DNA of 64,000 nucleotides from a phage, in sequence record NC_104726.1, one strand, 5' to 3'. Made by a program: the position numbers and the translations under genes. The notes below the pieces were generated by a model that did not search any database, had not been told where the DNA came from, and was given only the letters and a program-made list of their open reading frames with translations. How positions within the stretch are numbered: the first letter of the stretch is position 1; every line of letters begins with the position of its first letter. Below, piece after piece: positions 18,658 to 27,517 of this stretch.

Positions 18658-19191
18658 ATGACTTGTGCTAGAAAACCTGATGAACAACGTAACGCCTACG
18701 ATGAGTATGTGACACCGGAGTGGTGTGCAGAAGGGCTGTATGACCTTATTCCGTTCCCAGAAGACTGGACCTACTTAGAGCCTTGCAGGAATAGTGCCTC
18801 AGGTGTGTTCTACTCCCGTATGCCGTTAGGATCTGCATGGGGAGAAATACAAGAAGGTGTTGACTATCTGAATACAGAATACAACCATGTTGACTGTATT
18901 ATCACCAACCCACCATACAGCCTGGCTCGTGAGTTTGTAGACAAGGCGTTGAAAGATGCTGACGTAGTTATTATGCTTTTGCGTCTTAATTTTCTGGAAA
19001 GCAAAGCCAGATTTGAATGGTGGCTTGATAATGCACCTACTACTGTGATCACAATATCTAAGCGTCCATCATTTCAATCAAACGGCAGAACTGACGGGCA
19101 AGCATATGCATATTTTGTGTGGGATAAGAAAAACCGTTTAGACTTGCCGCCGTTTATGTGGTTGGCACCCCCAGAGGTAGACCTGAAATGA
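18658..19191 (+). CDS. small phage Dam-type DNA N6-adenine methyltransferase
   Basis: YVTPEW and DCIITNPPYS motifs; 177 aa, typical of small phage Dam-type MTases. Confidence 0.6.
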   Translation: MTCARKPDEQRNAYDEYVTPEWCAEGLYDLIPFPEDWTYLEPCRNSASGVFYSRMPLGSAWGEIQEGVDYLNTEYNHVDCIITNPPYSLAREFVDKALKDADVVIMLLRLNFLESKARFEWWLDNAPTTVITISKRPSFQSNGRTDGQAYAYFVWDKKNRLDLPPFMWLAPPEVDLK

Positions 19192-19472
19192 AAATGAGTG
19201 CTAAGGACAAATTACACCATCTAGCGCTAAAACGCCCTGTAACGCTCCCTGACGAGCTTAACTCCATTTATGATGCGATTGTAGGGGAGATACAAAATAA
19301 AGCGTTAGCAGGCTTTCTGGGGTGCGGATTTTCGATAAATCTACCCTCGCATCTCTCAGATTACTTCCCGCACATTGTTGGAGATTTAAGGGCAGGAGGT
19401 CTGCAGGTAGATGTTGTTGGGATCTCCCCAGAGAAAAATAATACGGTTGCCTACTTGACAGTAACCTGGTAG
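19188..19472 (+). CDS. hypothetical protein
   Basis: ATG at 19188 after GAGG; in frame with track ORF 19158..19472. Confidence 0.35.
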   Translation: MKMSAKDKLHHLALKRPVTLPDELNSIYDAIVGEIQNKALAGFLGCGFSINLPSHLSDYFPHIVGDLRAGGLQVDVVGISPEKNNTVAYLTVTW

Positions 19473-19483
19473 TTGTGTATTGT
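19455..19483 (+). promoter_or_regulatory. sigma70-like promoter candidate (TTGACA-17-TATTGT)
   Basis: -35 at 19455-19460, -10 at 19478-19483. Confidence 0.4.
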
Positions 19484-19508
19484 TGTTTTCAACAAGAGGG
19501 GGTCATTT

Positions 19509-19748
19509 ATGTACAAGTCATTTTCAATCTACTCAAGACAGGCGAAACACTACACAGAGATCCTGATCACTCAGAAAAAATCTGTGGAAGGTGAGTGGGA
19601 ATATCACCATAAAATGTTGCGTCCAGACTGGGTTTTTGATAGACTTATTGCTATGATCCCTCTCGGAGAAGTATACCCTCTGACAGCCCATCGCGATGCT
19701 TGGGATTTAATTGATTACATAGATTCATTTAAGGAGCCTAGATTATGA
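19509..19748 (+). CDS. hypothetical protein
   Basis: ATG after AGAGGGGG; in frame with track ORF 19473..19748. Confidence 0.35.
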   Translation: MYKSFSIYSRQAKHYTEILITQKKSVEGEWEYHHKMLRPDWVFDRLIAMIPLGEVYPLTAHRDAWDLIDYIDSFKEPRL

Positions 19749-20143
19749 AGATTGAGATTACTAAAGAAGGTAAGAAAGTGTCCGGCAACTATGCAACAGT
19801 AATTCGGGATTTAATGTTTGAAGCCACCAAGATCGGTACATCTAAAGTTGGTCAAACTGTTAGTGTGAAAAGTAATATCTCCACAGGAGAGAAGGTATTC
19901 ATTGTGGTCAAAGGGCAGGATCCCGTGGAAGGAACAGTGGGCCGAGGTGGCTACCTGTGCATTTCTGAAGAGCCGCGTATGTTAGTGGCTGACGCTACTA
20001 TGGGTGGGAAACGTGTGTGCGAGGCGGATGAGGTAATGATTATCCAACCTGTTGATCCAGATGACCCAGCAACTTGGGTGGTAGGAAATGAAATCTTCTC
20101 TTTAGAAGAGTTATCCTTCCCAGCACCGCGCTCTGTTCAGTAA
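19745..20143 (+). CDS. hypothetical protein
   Basis: Track ORF; GGAG RBS. Confidence 0.45.
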   Translation: MKIEITKEGKKVSGNYATVIRDLMFEATKIGTSKVGQTVSVKSNISTGEKVFIVVKGQDPVEGTVGRGGYLCISEEPRMLVADATMGGKRVCEADEVMIIQPVDPDDPATWVVGNEIFSLEELSFPAPRSVQ

Positions 20144-20180
20144 TAATTTATCTTACCAGGGACGGTAGGTAGGAGGTAGC

Positions 20181-20414
20181 ATGAAAGTTAAATTTCTTAC
20201 AGATTTAGGGTACCCTTCCTTGGTTGACTGTGTCGGTAAAATTGTGGAAGCAAAACGGCTATCTGCAAACGAGAATGTTGTCCTGGTTAAAGGGAAGGAT
20301 TTACTAGCTGCAGGTGCAGAGTCTGGCAGGATCTCTCCTGATTATATGTATTACCTATCTTTAAGTAATCTGCCAGAGCGAGGCGGTAAAGGCCTTGAAG
20401 TTGTGGAGGAGTGA
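20181..20414 (+). CDS. small acidic protein, MKVK...VVEE family
   Basis: MKVKFL start, KGKDLLAAGA core, C-terminal LEVVEE; GGAGG RBS. Confidence 0.5.
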   Translation: MKVKFLTDLGYPSLVDCVGKIVEAKRLSANENVVLVKGKDLLAAGAESGRISPDYMYYLSLSNLPERGGKGLEVVEE

Positions 20415-20419
20415 CAGGT

Positions 20420-20944
20420 ATGCTTCTGATTAACTGGGAAGACCTCTATGGGGACAAAGACCCTGTTGCGTTTGTTGATCGTAGGTGGAGATACACTGAA
20501 GAACAACTGGCGGCAAAAAATTTAACTGCAAAACGCAGAAAGATCATCCAGTGCAAGTACAAATACGCACAGTTTGCTGCAAAAGTGTCTCCACAAATCG
20601 AGAGCTTTGTGCTTAAATTGTATGACGAGTACCTCAAATTCAAATTGGATTTTGTGCAGGTGTACCGTGCACAGGTACGACCAGATACCAACATATGTAG
20701 ATGGAAGGTTGTTTGTGAAGGTAAAGATTTGCCGCTCAGCTTGACAATTGAGTGGCGTTATGGGTATCATGAGTGTGGTCTGTATGATATTTGGGATGTC
20801 ATTGTAGATCCTGCTAAGCATCTGAACACAGAGGAGCTGGAATATATCAATAAGGTTATTCTCGATATGTTTTTCAGCTACACACATGAAAACTCTGAGA
20901 AAGAACGGGATAATTTTCTTGACACCCTCAGCGACCATTTGTAG
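20420..20944 (+). CDS. hypothetical protein
   Basis: ATG 10 nt after GGAGG; in frame with track ORF 20411..20944. Confidence 0.45.
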   Translation: MLLINWEDLYGDKDPVAFVDRRWRYTEEQLAAKNLTAKRRKIIQCKYKYAQFAAKVSPQIESFVLKLYDEYLKFKLDFVQVYRAQVRPDTNICRWKVVCEGKDLPLSLTIEWRYGYHECGLYDIWDVIVDPAKHLNTEELEYINKVILDMFFSYTHENSEKERDNFLDTLSDHL

Positions 20945-20947
20945 TAT
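20919..20947 (+). promoter_or_regulatory. sigma70-like promoter (TTGACA-17-TAGTAT)
   Basis: -35 at 20919-20924, -10 at 20942-20947. Confidence 0.5.
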
Positions 20948-20974
20948 ACAATTTAACCTACAAAGGGAGGACCA

Positions 20975-21202
20975 ATGAGTATAAATGTTGTGCTAATAGG
21001 TTACCTGGTAATGTCCGTTATAACAGCGGTATTCTTGACAGGTGTATGCATCGTGTCCAGACGAAGGGTGAAGTTTGATGATTTTATCACCATCATCACT
21101 GCTGCACCTTTTTGGCCTGTTGTTATCTTCATCGTAATAATGTGCCTAGTTGATTACTACAAGAATATCAGGAAGGAGAGTAGGGATGGAGACCGCACCT
21201 AA
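20975..21202 (+). CDS. small membrane protein (two predicted TM segments)
   Basis: Hydrophobic stretches; AGGGAGG RBS. Confidence 0.45.
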   Translation: MSINVVLIGYLVMSVITAVFLTGVCIVSRRRVKFDDFITIITAAPFWPVVIFIVIMCLVDYYKNIRKESRDGDRT

Positions 21203-21338
21203 AACTATCTATACTGTTCTTAAAGAGATTGCGTTCTACGCAGATCTTAGCCAGGCACCTTTATGGGAAAAGAGCATGTATTTAAAATGGTGCGTTAATT
21301 TAGGGAGACCTTCCAGTGTTTCAAGCCATGTTTATTGA
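21186..21338 (+). CDS. hypothetical small protein
   Basis: ATG after AGGAAGGAGAG; in frame with track ORF 21150..21338. Confidence 0.3.
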   Translation: METAPKTIYTVLKEIAFYADLSQAPLWEKSMYLKWCVNLGRPSSVSSHVY

Positions 21339-21421
21339 GATGCTATCTGGGATATTGTTACTAGTAGCCATCTTAGGTGGTGCAGTTCTGATGTATAACT
21401 ATCTTGAAAAAGGAGACAGCA

Positions 21422-21607
21422 ATGGTAAAAAATAAATCTTTAGAGCAGGCTGAAAACCTTCTCCACGAGCTGGTAAAGGAGTGGAAAGTTGAATACTCAG
21501 ATTTTAATGCACGAGAGGGTGAAGATTATTGGCCTACGGAGCGCTCAGAGGGCGAATGGTATCAAGATTTTATAGAGTGGTTATATCAGACGTGCGATGA
21601 GGGGTGA
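21422..21607 (+). CDS. hypothetical small acidic protein
   Basis: ATG after AAAGGAGA; in frame with track ORF 21404..21607. Confidence 0.4.
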   Translation: MVKNKSLEQAENLLHELVKEWKVEYSDFNAREGEDYWPTERSEGEWYQDFIEWLYQTCDEG

Positions 21608-21609
21608 CG

Positions 21610-22074
21610 ATGTTTGTTAAATATGTAAAAACGTGCCTCAACAGTCTTGGCAGAGAGCATTGGTACACCTTGCTTGAAAAAGGGGAAATTTTAACAAAAT
21701 CTGGAAAGATAACTTTGATACCTCTTGATAGTAAAGGTAAAGACCCGTCACGACTTGTTATAGATGATTACGTTACAGGTGTGACGTTCGAGGTCTCTGT
21801 GGAGAGGTTAATACGCAGAGCTGGCGGCCCTTATGACCGAAGAGAGTATGTTTTCGATTCCGTTACAGAGATGGGGGAGCATCCGTCTTTAATGTTCAGG
21901 ATGGTAATCAGAGATATGAGGTCATCTATAGATAGGATCGTAAAGGACATTAAGGAACCTTTTAGAGTAAAAGTTAAGAAGTTTTTCGATTCTAAGATTA
22001 ACATACTCGCCGTTGCACTAGGTGTAGTTCAACTTCTGTTAATTTTGCACTATTTTGAACTACTATTTAAGTAG
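21610..22074 (+). CDS. hypothetical protein with C-terminal hydrophobic anchor
   Basis: ATG after GAGGGG; C-terminal INILAVALGVVQLLLIL. Confidence 0.45.
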   Translation: MFVKYVKTCLNSLGREHWYTLLEKGEILTKSGKITLIPLDSKGKDPSRLVIDDYVTGVTFEVSVERLIRRAGGPYDRREYVFDSVTEMGEHPSLMFRMVIRDMRSSIDRIVKDIKEPFRVKVKKFFDSKINILAVALGVVQLLLILHYFELLFK

Positions 22075-22136
22075 TAGTTGAGATATGGCACAAAGGATGT
22101 GCCATAGTGAAATAAACTAAGAAAGAGGTAGAGAGA

Positions 22137-22484
22137 ATGCCAAAGATTAAAACGTTATTACTGTGGGTAGCTGTTTTAGCTTTTATAGGGTACTGGACTT
22201 GGGAAACTGAATTAAAAGATATCGGATATACCAGTCTTGAGAGCAAGGCGTGCATTGGCATAACCGATGCGTTCAGGCAAAATGCTATGGATCACGAATG
22301 TGTTGATGCAGATATAGATGAGAAACTGTCTAAGGACAAAGATTTTTACCATGGGCATGCTTTACTTGATAGTGGTGACACTGTAGAGTTCTGGTCGTGG
22401 TTTCGTGAAGATGGAACAATAAAAACAGCAGTAAAGATCTCTAACAAAGAGTTAATGCTGTTGCAGCAAAAGGAGGCTCAATGA
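22137..22484 (+). CDS. hypothetical protein with N-terminal signal/anchor
   Basis: N-terminal LLLWVAVLAFIGYW; RBS AGAGGTAGAGAG. Confidence 0.45.
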   Translation: MPKIKTLLLWVAVLAFIGYWTWETELKDIGYTSLESKACIGITDAFRQNAMDHECVDADIDEKLSKDKDFYHGHALLDSGDTVEFWSWFREDGTIKTAVKISNKELMLLQQKEAQ

Positions 22485-22768
22485 TCTGGATATCCTATGC
22501 TGATGGCACCATGCTGTATACTGCAGGTACTAGGTATGAAGTTCAGGAGGACGATAAAAAATTTATCGTAAAAACATTTGACAAGGACGACAACCTTTTG
22601 TTAGAATTGACTTACAAGGTTGGGGAGGTATCTAGCATCCAGTTGGATTGTGGTCATAAAGATAATCCACTCAAAAAACCTGGAGTAGGTAAGGCTTCAG
22701 AAGAACGTCTGTCTCGTATTGCAGAAAGCGTTTCTCCCCAAAAATCTAAGAAGAGGACTAGAAAATGA
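22481..22768 (+). CDS. hypothetical protein
   Basis: Track ORF, overlapping start-stop with neighbours. Confidence 0.4.
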   Translation: MIWISYADGTMLYTAGTRYEVQEDDKKFIVKTFDKDDNLLLELTYKVGEVSSIQLDCGHKDNPLKKPGVGKASEERLSRIAESVSPQKSKKRTRK

Positions 22769-22959
22769 AAAACTTACGTTTTAACACTTATTACTACAAC
22801 ACATTGAATGATTTGTATTATATTGTTCGAAGTAAAAGTCCTGAAACAGTCCTATTCTGCCGCGAACCTTTCAAAGGGGAGGAAGTAGAGTCTGAGATGA
22901 ATGTTAGCCAGATCACCTCTTTGTTGCTCTCAGGCGCAATGGAAGAAGCAATATTCTAA
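22765..22959 (+). CDS. hypothetical small protein
   Basis: Track ORF, ATGA overlap with upstream gene. Confidence 0.35.
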   Translation: MKNLRFNTYYYNTLNDLYYIVRSKSPETVLFCREPFKGEEVESEMNVSQITSLLLSGAMEEAIF

Positions 22960-22977
22960 ACCAGGCAGGAGGGTTTT

Positions 22978-23166
22978 ATGAAGCACTATTGCCTGTCTGG
23001 TAGAATGGGTGCAGATTGTGATTGGGTTTTCTTAAAACTTGTCAGCATTCGAGAGTTCATCCCAGAGGAAGAGCAAGAAAGCGAGCTGATGTCATGGATC
23101 AACCATTACGGTAACACTTTTCGGCATGTTAAGGTAGAAGAGTTGCCAAGCGAGGCTGAATTATGA
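22978..23166 (+). CDS. hypothetical small protein
   Basis: Track ORF; AGGAGGG RBS. Confidence 0.35.
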   Translation: MKHYCLSGRMGADCDWVFLKLVSIREFIPEEEQESELMSWINHYGNTFRHVKVEELPSEAEL

Positions 23167-23459
23167 AACTTTTTGAGTGGTTTAAAAAGTTTAAATATAA
23201 AGCTGTAGCCATCGTGCCGTGGTCCATTCAGTGGGTTGATGAAGGTGGTCTACCGATACCTGGTGACAAAGATACTGGGTACTGGATTATGATGGAGAAC
23301 GGGTTTGGAAAGCGAAAGTATACGTGCACAAACTCTACTCGATCTGCACTTAATAGAGTGCCCGGTTACAAACTTATGGTTGTGTGGAAAATGTCAGGCG
23401 TGCCTCCAGCCAATGCTCAATTTCTTACTGACAATCCGACCACGGTAGAGGGAGATTGA
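23163..23459 (+). CDS. hypothetical protein
   Basis: Track ORF, coupled to neighbours. Confidence 0.4.
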   Translation: MKLFEWFKKFKYKAVAIVPWSIQWVDEGGLPIPGDKDTGYWIMMENGFGKRKYTCTNSTRSALNRVPGYKLMVVWKMSGVPPANAQFLTDNPTTVEGD

Positions 23460-23461
23460 TA

Positions 23462-23743
23462 ATGAAAAAGATTAACAGTAGTGAAGTAGAGTTTAAACTT
23501 GTCGGAAAAGGCACTTACTGGGAAGTTCGTCAAAAGGTATATTTGTTCGGTCTTATTCCCTACTGGTCTAAATTCTACTGGGGAGCTAACGAGTTGGGAA
23601 GATATGCCACCAAATCAATGGCACTTATTGGTATAGCAGAGTACATTGCAGCCCGAGACAGGGTTGGAACCACTTATTACTACACTGCTGACGATATTCG
23701 TAACAGTGTTTACGTCCCACAACCACCTGATGGAGACCGTTGA
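23462..23743 (+). CDS. hypothetical protein
   Basis: ATG after GGAGGGAG; in frame with track ORF 23456..23743. Confidence 0.4.
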   Translation: MKKINSSEVEFKLVGKGTYWEVRQKVYLFGLIPYWSKFYWGANELGRYATKSMALIGIAEYIAARDRVGTTYYYTADDIRNSVYVPQPPDGDR

Positions 23744-23967
23744 TGAAAGTTAAAGTTTTAGATTCAAGCTTCTATATTGGTCAGGAGCCTTTAGTAGGAA
23801 AAGTGTTTACTGCTGTCCCTAACGAAGATTACCCTGACCTTTTAAAAATAAAAGGAGCAGATCTTATTGCCGCTGGTGCATCTCAGGAATGCTTTGACAG
23901 TCAGTGGACCTATAACTTTGCCCTAGGTGAGGATGTAGAGGTAGTGGAGGACGATCATGAAGGTTAA
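23743..23967 (+). CDS. small acidic protein, MKVK...VVEE family
   Basis: MKVKVL start, KGADLIAAGA core, C-terminal VEVVED. Confidence 0.5.
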   Translation: MKVKVLDSSFYIGQEPLVGKVFTAVPNEDYPDLLKIKGADLIAAGASQECFDSQWTYNFALGEDVEVVEDDHEG

Positions 23968-24211
23968 AATTCTTGATTCTAACGTCTACTTGGGACAATC
24001 CTTCCTGAATGGAAAGGTCGTTCCTGCGGTATACTTTGAAGGGTTGCCGTGGGATGATCCTGTGCGGCAACATCACAGTTATGTAGGCCACAACGTGGTG
24101 TTTATCTTGGGATCAGACCTGATCACCGCTGGTGCACCTGAATATTATTTCGGGGAAGAGTCCTACTATGCCTTTGGGGTAGGGTCAGATGCAGATATTG
24201 TAGAGCTGTGA
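23957..24211 (+). CDS. small acidic protein, MKVK...VVEE family
   Basis: MKVKIL start, GSDLITAGA core, C-terminal DIVEL. Confidence 0.5.
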   Translation: MKVKILDSNVYLGQSFLNGKVVPAVYFEGLPWDDPVRQHHSYVGHNVVFILGSDLITAGAPEYYFGEESYYAFGVGSDADIVEL

Positions 24212-24223
24212 TGGGTAACCGTT

Positions 24224-24622
24224 GTGAAAAATAAACTGTTTAAAGTTACAATGAAAATTCGCGGGGCTTGGAGCGTAAAGCAAGGGCGTATTCCAGAATT
24301 TGAGAAAGACTTCTACGTAGTCTCCACCTCGGAGGAGGCTGCATGCTGGCAGGCTGGCTATGCCTATGCAAGAACCTGGTACGAAGGATACCAGACTGGG
24401 GGCTATGACGGAGAAATTATCAGCAAGGGTGTAGAAGAAATTAATGTGTTGACAAGTGAAAAAGTTTTTGTTATAGTGCATCCAGATTCCAGAGTGAAGC
24501 ATTACTGGAATGCCAGAACAAAAACTTGGACACCGTTTGCAGATTCTGCTACGCCACTTTTAAACCAGAAAGCTCTTGACTCTGCCCCAAGTTATGGGGT
24601 TGTTGAAGAAAAGCTAAACTGA
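24224..24622 (+). CDS. hypothetical protein (paralog of 26434..26829)
   Basis: Shares VIVHPDSRVKHYWNARTKTWTPF-like block with 26434..26829; GTG start. Confidence 0.45.
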   Translation: MKNKLFKVTMKIRGAWSVKQGRIPEFEKDFYVVSTSEEAACWQAGYAYARTWYEGYQTGGYDGEIISKGVEEINVLTSEKVFVIVHPDSRVKHYWNARTKTWTPFADSATPLLNQKALDSAPSYGVVEEKLN

Positions 24623-24639
24623 AACAGTGAGGTGTCACC

Positions 24640-24930
24640 ATGATGGATTTAATTCTAAATATTGATAACGCAGGAGAGTTTAAAGACGATGGTGTAACAA
24701 GCATGGACAAACCCTGCTCTGCTAAGGTTGACTCAAAATGGACCTACAAGTTTGACGGAGAGACCTTCGCAAATGATGAGAAGGTTGTAGATGCTGCAGC
24801 CATTTTAAACGCTCTAGGGTACGACCCTGTGAATTCTTTGATCAAGGATCCTGTTGAGTTTGCAGAGTATGTTCGAAAAATGGCAGATCTTGCTGTGGAT
24901 ATTTTAAAAACTATCGACAACAAGCTGTAA
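24640..24930 (+). CDS. hypothetical acidic protein
   Basis: Track ORF; GAGGTG RBS. Confidence 0.4.
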   Translation: MMDLILNIDNAGEFKDDGVTSMDKPCSAKVDSKWTYKFDGETFANDEKVVDAAAILNALGYDPVNSLIKDPVEFAEYVRKMADLAVDILKTIDNKL

Positions 24931-24936
24931 AAACTG

Positions 24937-24965
24937 TTGACACAACGCTTCAGATTTAGTATCAT
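24937..24965 (+). promoter_or_regulatory. sigma70-like promoter (TTGACA-17-TATCAT)
   Basis: -35 at 24937-24942, -10 at 24960-24965, about 50 nt upstream of the HPF gene. Confidence 0.55.
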
Positions 24966-25014
24966 TGTTTTCAAAGAGAGATAGTTATTCCCTCTTCCTT
25001 AAAAGGAACACGTT

Positions 25015-25335
25015 ATGCAAATTGAAATCACTGGCAACAATGTAGAAATCACAGAAGGTATGGTATCTTTTATTTCCCGCAAAATGTCCAAGCTGGAGCG
25101 TTTACATCCCTCTGTTAACTATGCACGTGTGAGTGTAAAAGTTGAAAATGATCACCAGGAAGTTATGGCGTTCATTTTTGACAATTCTGGAAAAGAAGTT
25201 ATTGCCAAGGCTAAAGGCAGTGATGCTTACGAGGCAACTGACCGTATGGTAGATGTTGCAGCACGTCAGCTGGCTAAATGCGGTGGAAAGAAAGGTAAGG
25301 GGAAAGGCAAAGTAAAGATTGACTTTGGAGAATGA
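25015..25335 (+). CDS. hpf: ribosome hibernation promoting factor / RaiA-family protein
   Basis: MQIEITGNNVEITEGM...VKVEN...AKAKGSDAYEATDRMVDVAARQLAK closely matches bacterial HPF/YfiA (MQLNITGNNVEITEAL...AEGQDMYAAIDGLIDKLARQL); AAAGGA RBS. Confidence 0.85.
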   Translation: MQIEITGNNVEITEGMVSFISRKMSKLERLHPSVNYARVSVKVENDHQEVMAFIFDNSGKEVIAKAKGSDAYEATDRMVDVAARQLAKCGGKKGKGKGKVKIDFGE

Positions 25336-25344
25336 GGTGCTACA

Positions 25345-25446
25345 ATGGGTGTGATTAAGAAATTAGTCCCAAATGTAGAGATTGCATGCTTTGAAATTAT
25401 GTTTGCAATCGCAGTTGTAGTTAATGTGTTAGGTTACGGCTATTAA
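25345..25446 (+). CDS. small hydrophobic peptide (33 aa)
   Basis: ATG after GAGGTG; single predicted TM helix; below the track length cutoff. Confidence 0.3.
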   Translation: MGVIKKLVPNVEIACFEIMFAIAVVVNVLGYGY

Positions 25447-25472
25447 TATCAAATAATTGAGGAGACCTCTAA

Positions 25473-25742
25473 ATGAAAATTAAATTATTCCAAACTGAGC
25501 TGGCAGACAAAAATTGTGGACTGGTTGAAGGCATGATTGTTGAAGCACAACCAGTGGACTATATGAAGGTGGTTCGTGATGCCCTAGGTGAAGGTTTTGA
25601 TCTGATGGAGCCAGCTCTGCGAGAAGATGTTATCGAGATGGCTAAAAAGCACACACCTGAAGGTTTGGTGGTGTTTGTTGCACCGGGTAACGGAGAAGAG
25701 TTGATTGTAACTCCTGATGTGTATGAGATTGTAGAGGAATAA
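25473..25742 (+). CDS. small acidic protein, MKIK...IVEE family
   Basis: MKIKLF start, C-terminal YEIVEE; GAGGAG RBS. Confidence 0.45.
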   Translation: MKIKLFQTELADKNCGLVEGMIVEAQPVDYMKVVRDALGEGFDLMEPALREDVIEMAKKHTPEGLVVFVAPGNGEELIVTPDVYEIVEE

Positions 25743-25761
25743 TCCTGCTTGGATTAGCATA

Positions 25762-25795
25762 CTTCCTCGCTAAGGAAGATTTGTAATTATTTGTG
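25762..25795 (+). terminator. terminator-like hairpin
   Basis: CTTCC-TCGCTAA-GGAAG followed by a T-rich tract. Confidence 0.4.
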
Positions 25796-25833
25796 GGAAA
25801 GGAGTCCCAATCTCTTACCAGAGGTGATACTAT

Positions 25834-26097
25834 ATGATTGTTTATTTTAAAACTTCAGGTGGATACCCTGATTCTCAAAGCTTGATCGGAAAAACGTGCA
25901 CAGCATACTCACCTCTTGATGAGGAGGTAAGCGATATTTTACGAAATATGTATCGGATTGACCCCCAAGAAGCCTTTGATCAAAACCTTGTATTTGTCAA
26001 GGGCTCAGATATGAAGTCTTTGGGAGCATTCCCTGAAGCAGATGATGATGCCGTTTATTCGTTCATGACTCCTTTTGAAGCTATGGTTGTTGGGTGA
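25834..26097 (+). CDS. small acidic protein, related to the MKVK family
   Basis: LVFVKGSDMKSLGA core aligns with the family motif. Confidence 0.45.
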   Translation: MIVYFKTSGGYPDSQSLIGKTCTAYSPLDEEVSDILRNMYRIDPQEAFDQNLVFVKGSDMKSLGAFPEADDDAVYSFMTPFEAMVVG

Positions 26098-26101
26098 TAA
26101 T

Positions 26102-26434
26102 ATGAAAGTACGCTTTATTGGTGAAACAATTCCTGTGCATCTCCGGTCGCCTGAGGATTCTGCAGATCTTGCATCTCAAAAGGCGAGAGGTTATGATAAG
26201 AAAGTAACCTCAACCGATGTAGTGCTTGAGGCTACTAGTCTACCTGACCCTGCTGCATTCTTTAATCATTATGGGTACTATTTCAGCAATCTGATGAATA
26301 TCGGTGAGCTTGTGTTTATTAGTGGTGGAGAAATTGTTAGCAAGCTTGGCGGCGATCCGGATATCTTTCATGAAACCTGTCCTTTTGCATTTGTGGTAGG
26401 TTCAGATGTGGAAGTTATTGAGGAGGTGCGGTAA
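26102..26434 (+). CDS. small acidic protein, MKVR...VIEE family
   Basis: MKVRFI start, C-terminal GSDVEVIEE; in frame with track ORF 26075..26434. Confidence 0.45.
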   Translation: MKVRFIGETIPVHLRSPEDSADLASQKARGYDKKVTSTDVVLEATSLPDPAAFFNHYGYYFSNLMNIGELVFISGGEIVSKLGGDPDIFHETCPFAFVVGSDVEVIEEVR

Positions 26435-26829
26435 TGGTAAGCCTATACCGTGTTGAGTATAGCTCAGATACTGTATACAACGTAAGAAGCAAAGATCGCA
26501 GCGACAGAGTGCAAGAAATGTATGTTCTTGCCGACAGTCCGTTATCTGCAGCGTTCAAGGCAGGGGCTCTTGCATCTCGTTGGAAATTTGAAGGTGGATC
26601 TTTCTATGAAGAAACCCTTGAAGATTCTGTTGTTATTTCTTCTGTAGAGGTTTCAGATGACTACGAAGGGAAAAAGTTCGTAATGCGGCACCCACACAGC
26701 AACATTGCGTACTACTGGGATGTTCTGAACAACGAGTGGACCCCAGATCTTCAGAAGGCTACTGTGCTAACACCGTTTTTGGCAGATAAGTTCCCACCAG
26801 AAGGTAATTTATCCGCACTGTTTCAGTAA
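26434..26829 (+). CDS. hypothetical protein (paralog of 24224..24622)
   Basis: Shares FVMRHPHSNIAYYWDVLNNEWTPD block. Confidence 0.45.
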   Translation: MVSLYRVEYSSDTVYNVRSKDRSDRVQEMYVLADSPLSAAFKAGALASRWKFEGGSFYEETLEDSVVISSVEVSDDYEGKKFVMRHPHSNIAYYWDVLNNEWTPDLQKATVLTPFLADKFPPEGNLSALFQ

Positions 26830-26847
26830 TTTTCTTGCACACAGGTG

Positions 26848-26876
26848 TTGACAACGCCAACCCTGTGTGAAATAAT
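26848..26876 (+). promoter_or_regulatory. sigma70-like promoter (TTGACA-17-AATAAT) flanked by an 8 bp inverted repeat
   Basis: -35 at 26848-26853; CACACAGG (26838-26845) and CCTGTGTG (26862-26869) flank the -35 and spacer. Confidence 0.5.
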
Positions 26877-26908
26877 ACCTTCATCTTAACAAGACAGGGG
26901 ACCGATTG

Positions 26909-27166
26909 ATGAAGATTAAATTGAAAAACCTTGAAACGGCAGAGATTCAGGACGGTGTTGATTTCCGTTCTAAAGATGGTGACATCTTAGAGGTAAATAT
27001 TCCAACCTACGAGCTGATTAAAGGTTTTGGCAACGTTCCGGAAGAGGATATTACAGAAATTCTTATGATGTTGATTCTTGACGGAACTGTGTTTGTAGGT
27101 GAAGGTGAGAACGCTATTGCAATCCCAGGCCATTTTTATGAAGTAGTTGACGAAGAGGTGCTGTAA
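26909..27166 (+). CDS. small acidic protein, MKIK...VVDEE family
   Basis: MKIKLK start, C-terminal YEVVDEE. Confidence 0.45.
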   Translation: MKIKLKNLETAEIQDGVDFRSKDGDILEVNIPTYELIKGFGNVPEEDITEILMMLILDGTVFVGEGENAIAIPGHFYEVVDEEVL

Positions 27167-27517
27167 ATGAAAGTAGAAATTACCGGTTTTGATGTGAATG
27201 TGGTTCCGGAAGATATTTTAGCTAAACTTCCAGAAGGTTTTGGTAACGGCGTTGTGGTGGATGCTGTTCCTCCTACCAAAGACATTCTGCTGCAGTATGG
27301 TGTAGCAGAGGAAGATGTCGATAAAGTTCTTACAATGATGGCAATCGATCGTGTTGTCGTTGTTAAAGGTCTCGATAATTTTGAGAGTGATCCCCTGATT
27401 ATTCGTGGAGATGACTACAAAATCATCGATAATGAAGGCCAAGAGTTCTATGAACCTTGTGCAGAAGATATTCTTAACTTATTACTGGAAGCAGGTACCG
27501 AAGAGGAGGACGAATAA
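27167..27517 (+). CDS. hypothetical acidic protein
   Basis: Track ORF, ATGA overlaps. Confidence 0.45.
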   Translation: MKVEITGFDVNVVPEDILAKLPEGFGNGVVVDAVPPTKDILLQYGVAEEDVDKVLTMMAIDRVVVVKGLDNFESDPLIIRGDDYKIIDNEGQEFYEPCAEDILNLLLEAGTEEEDE

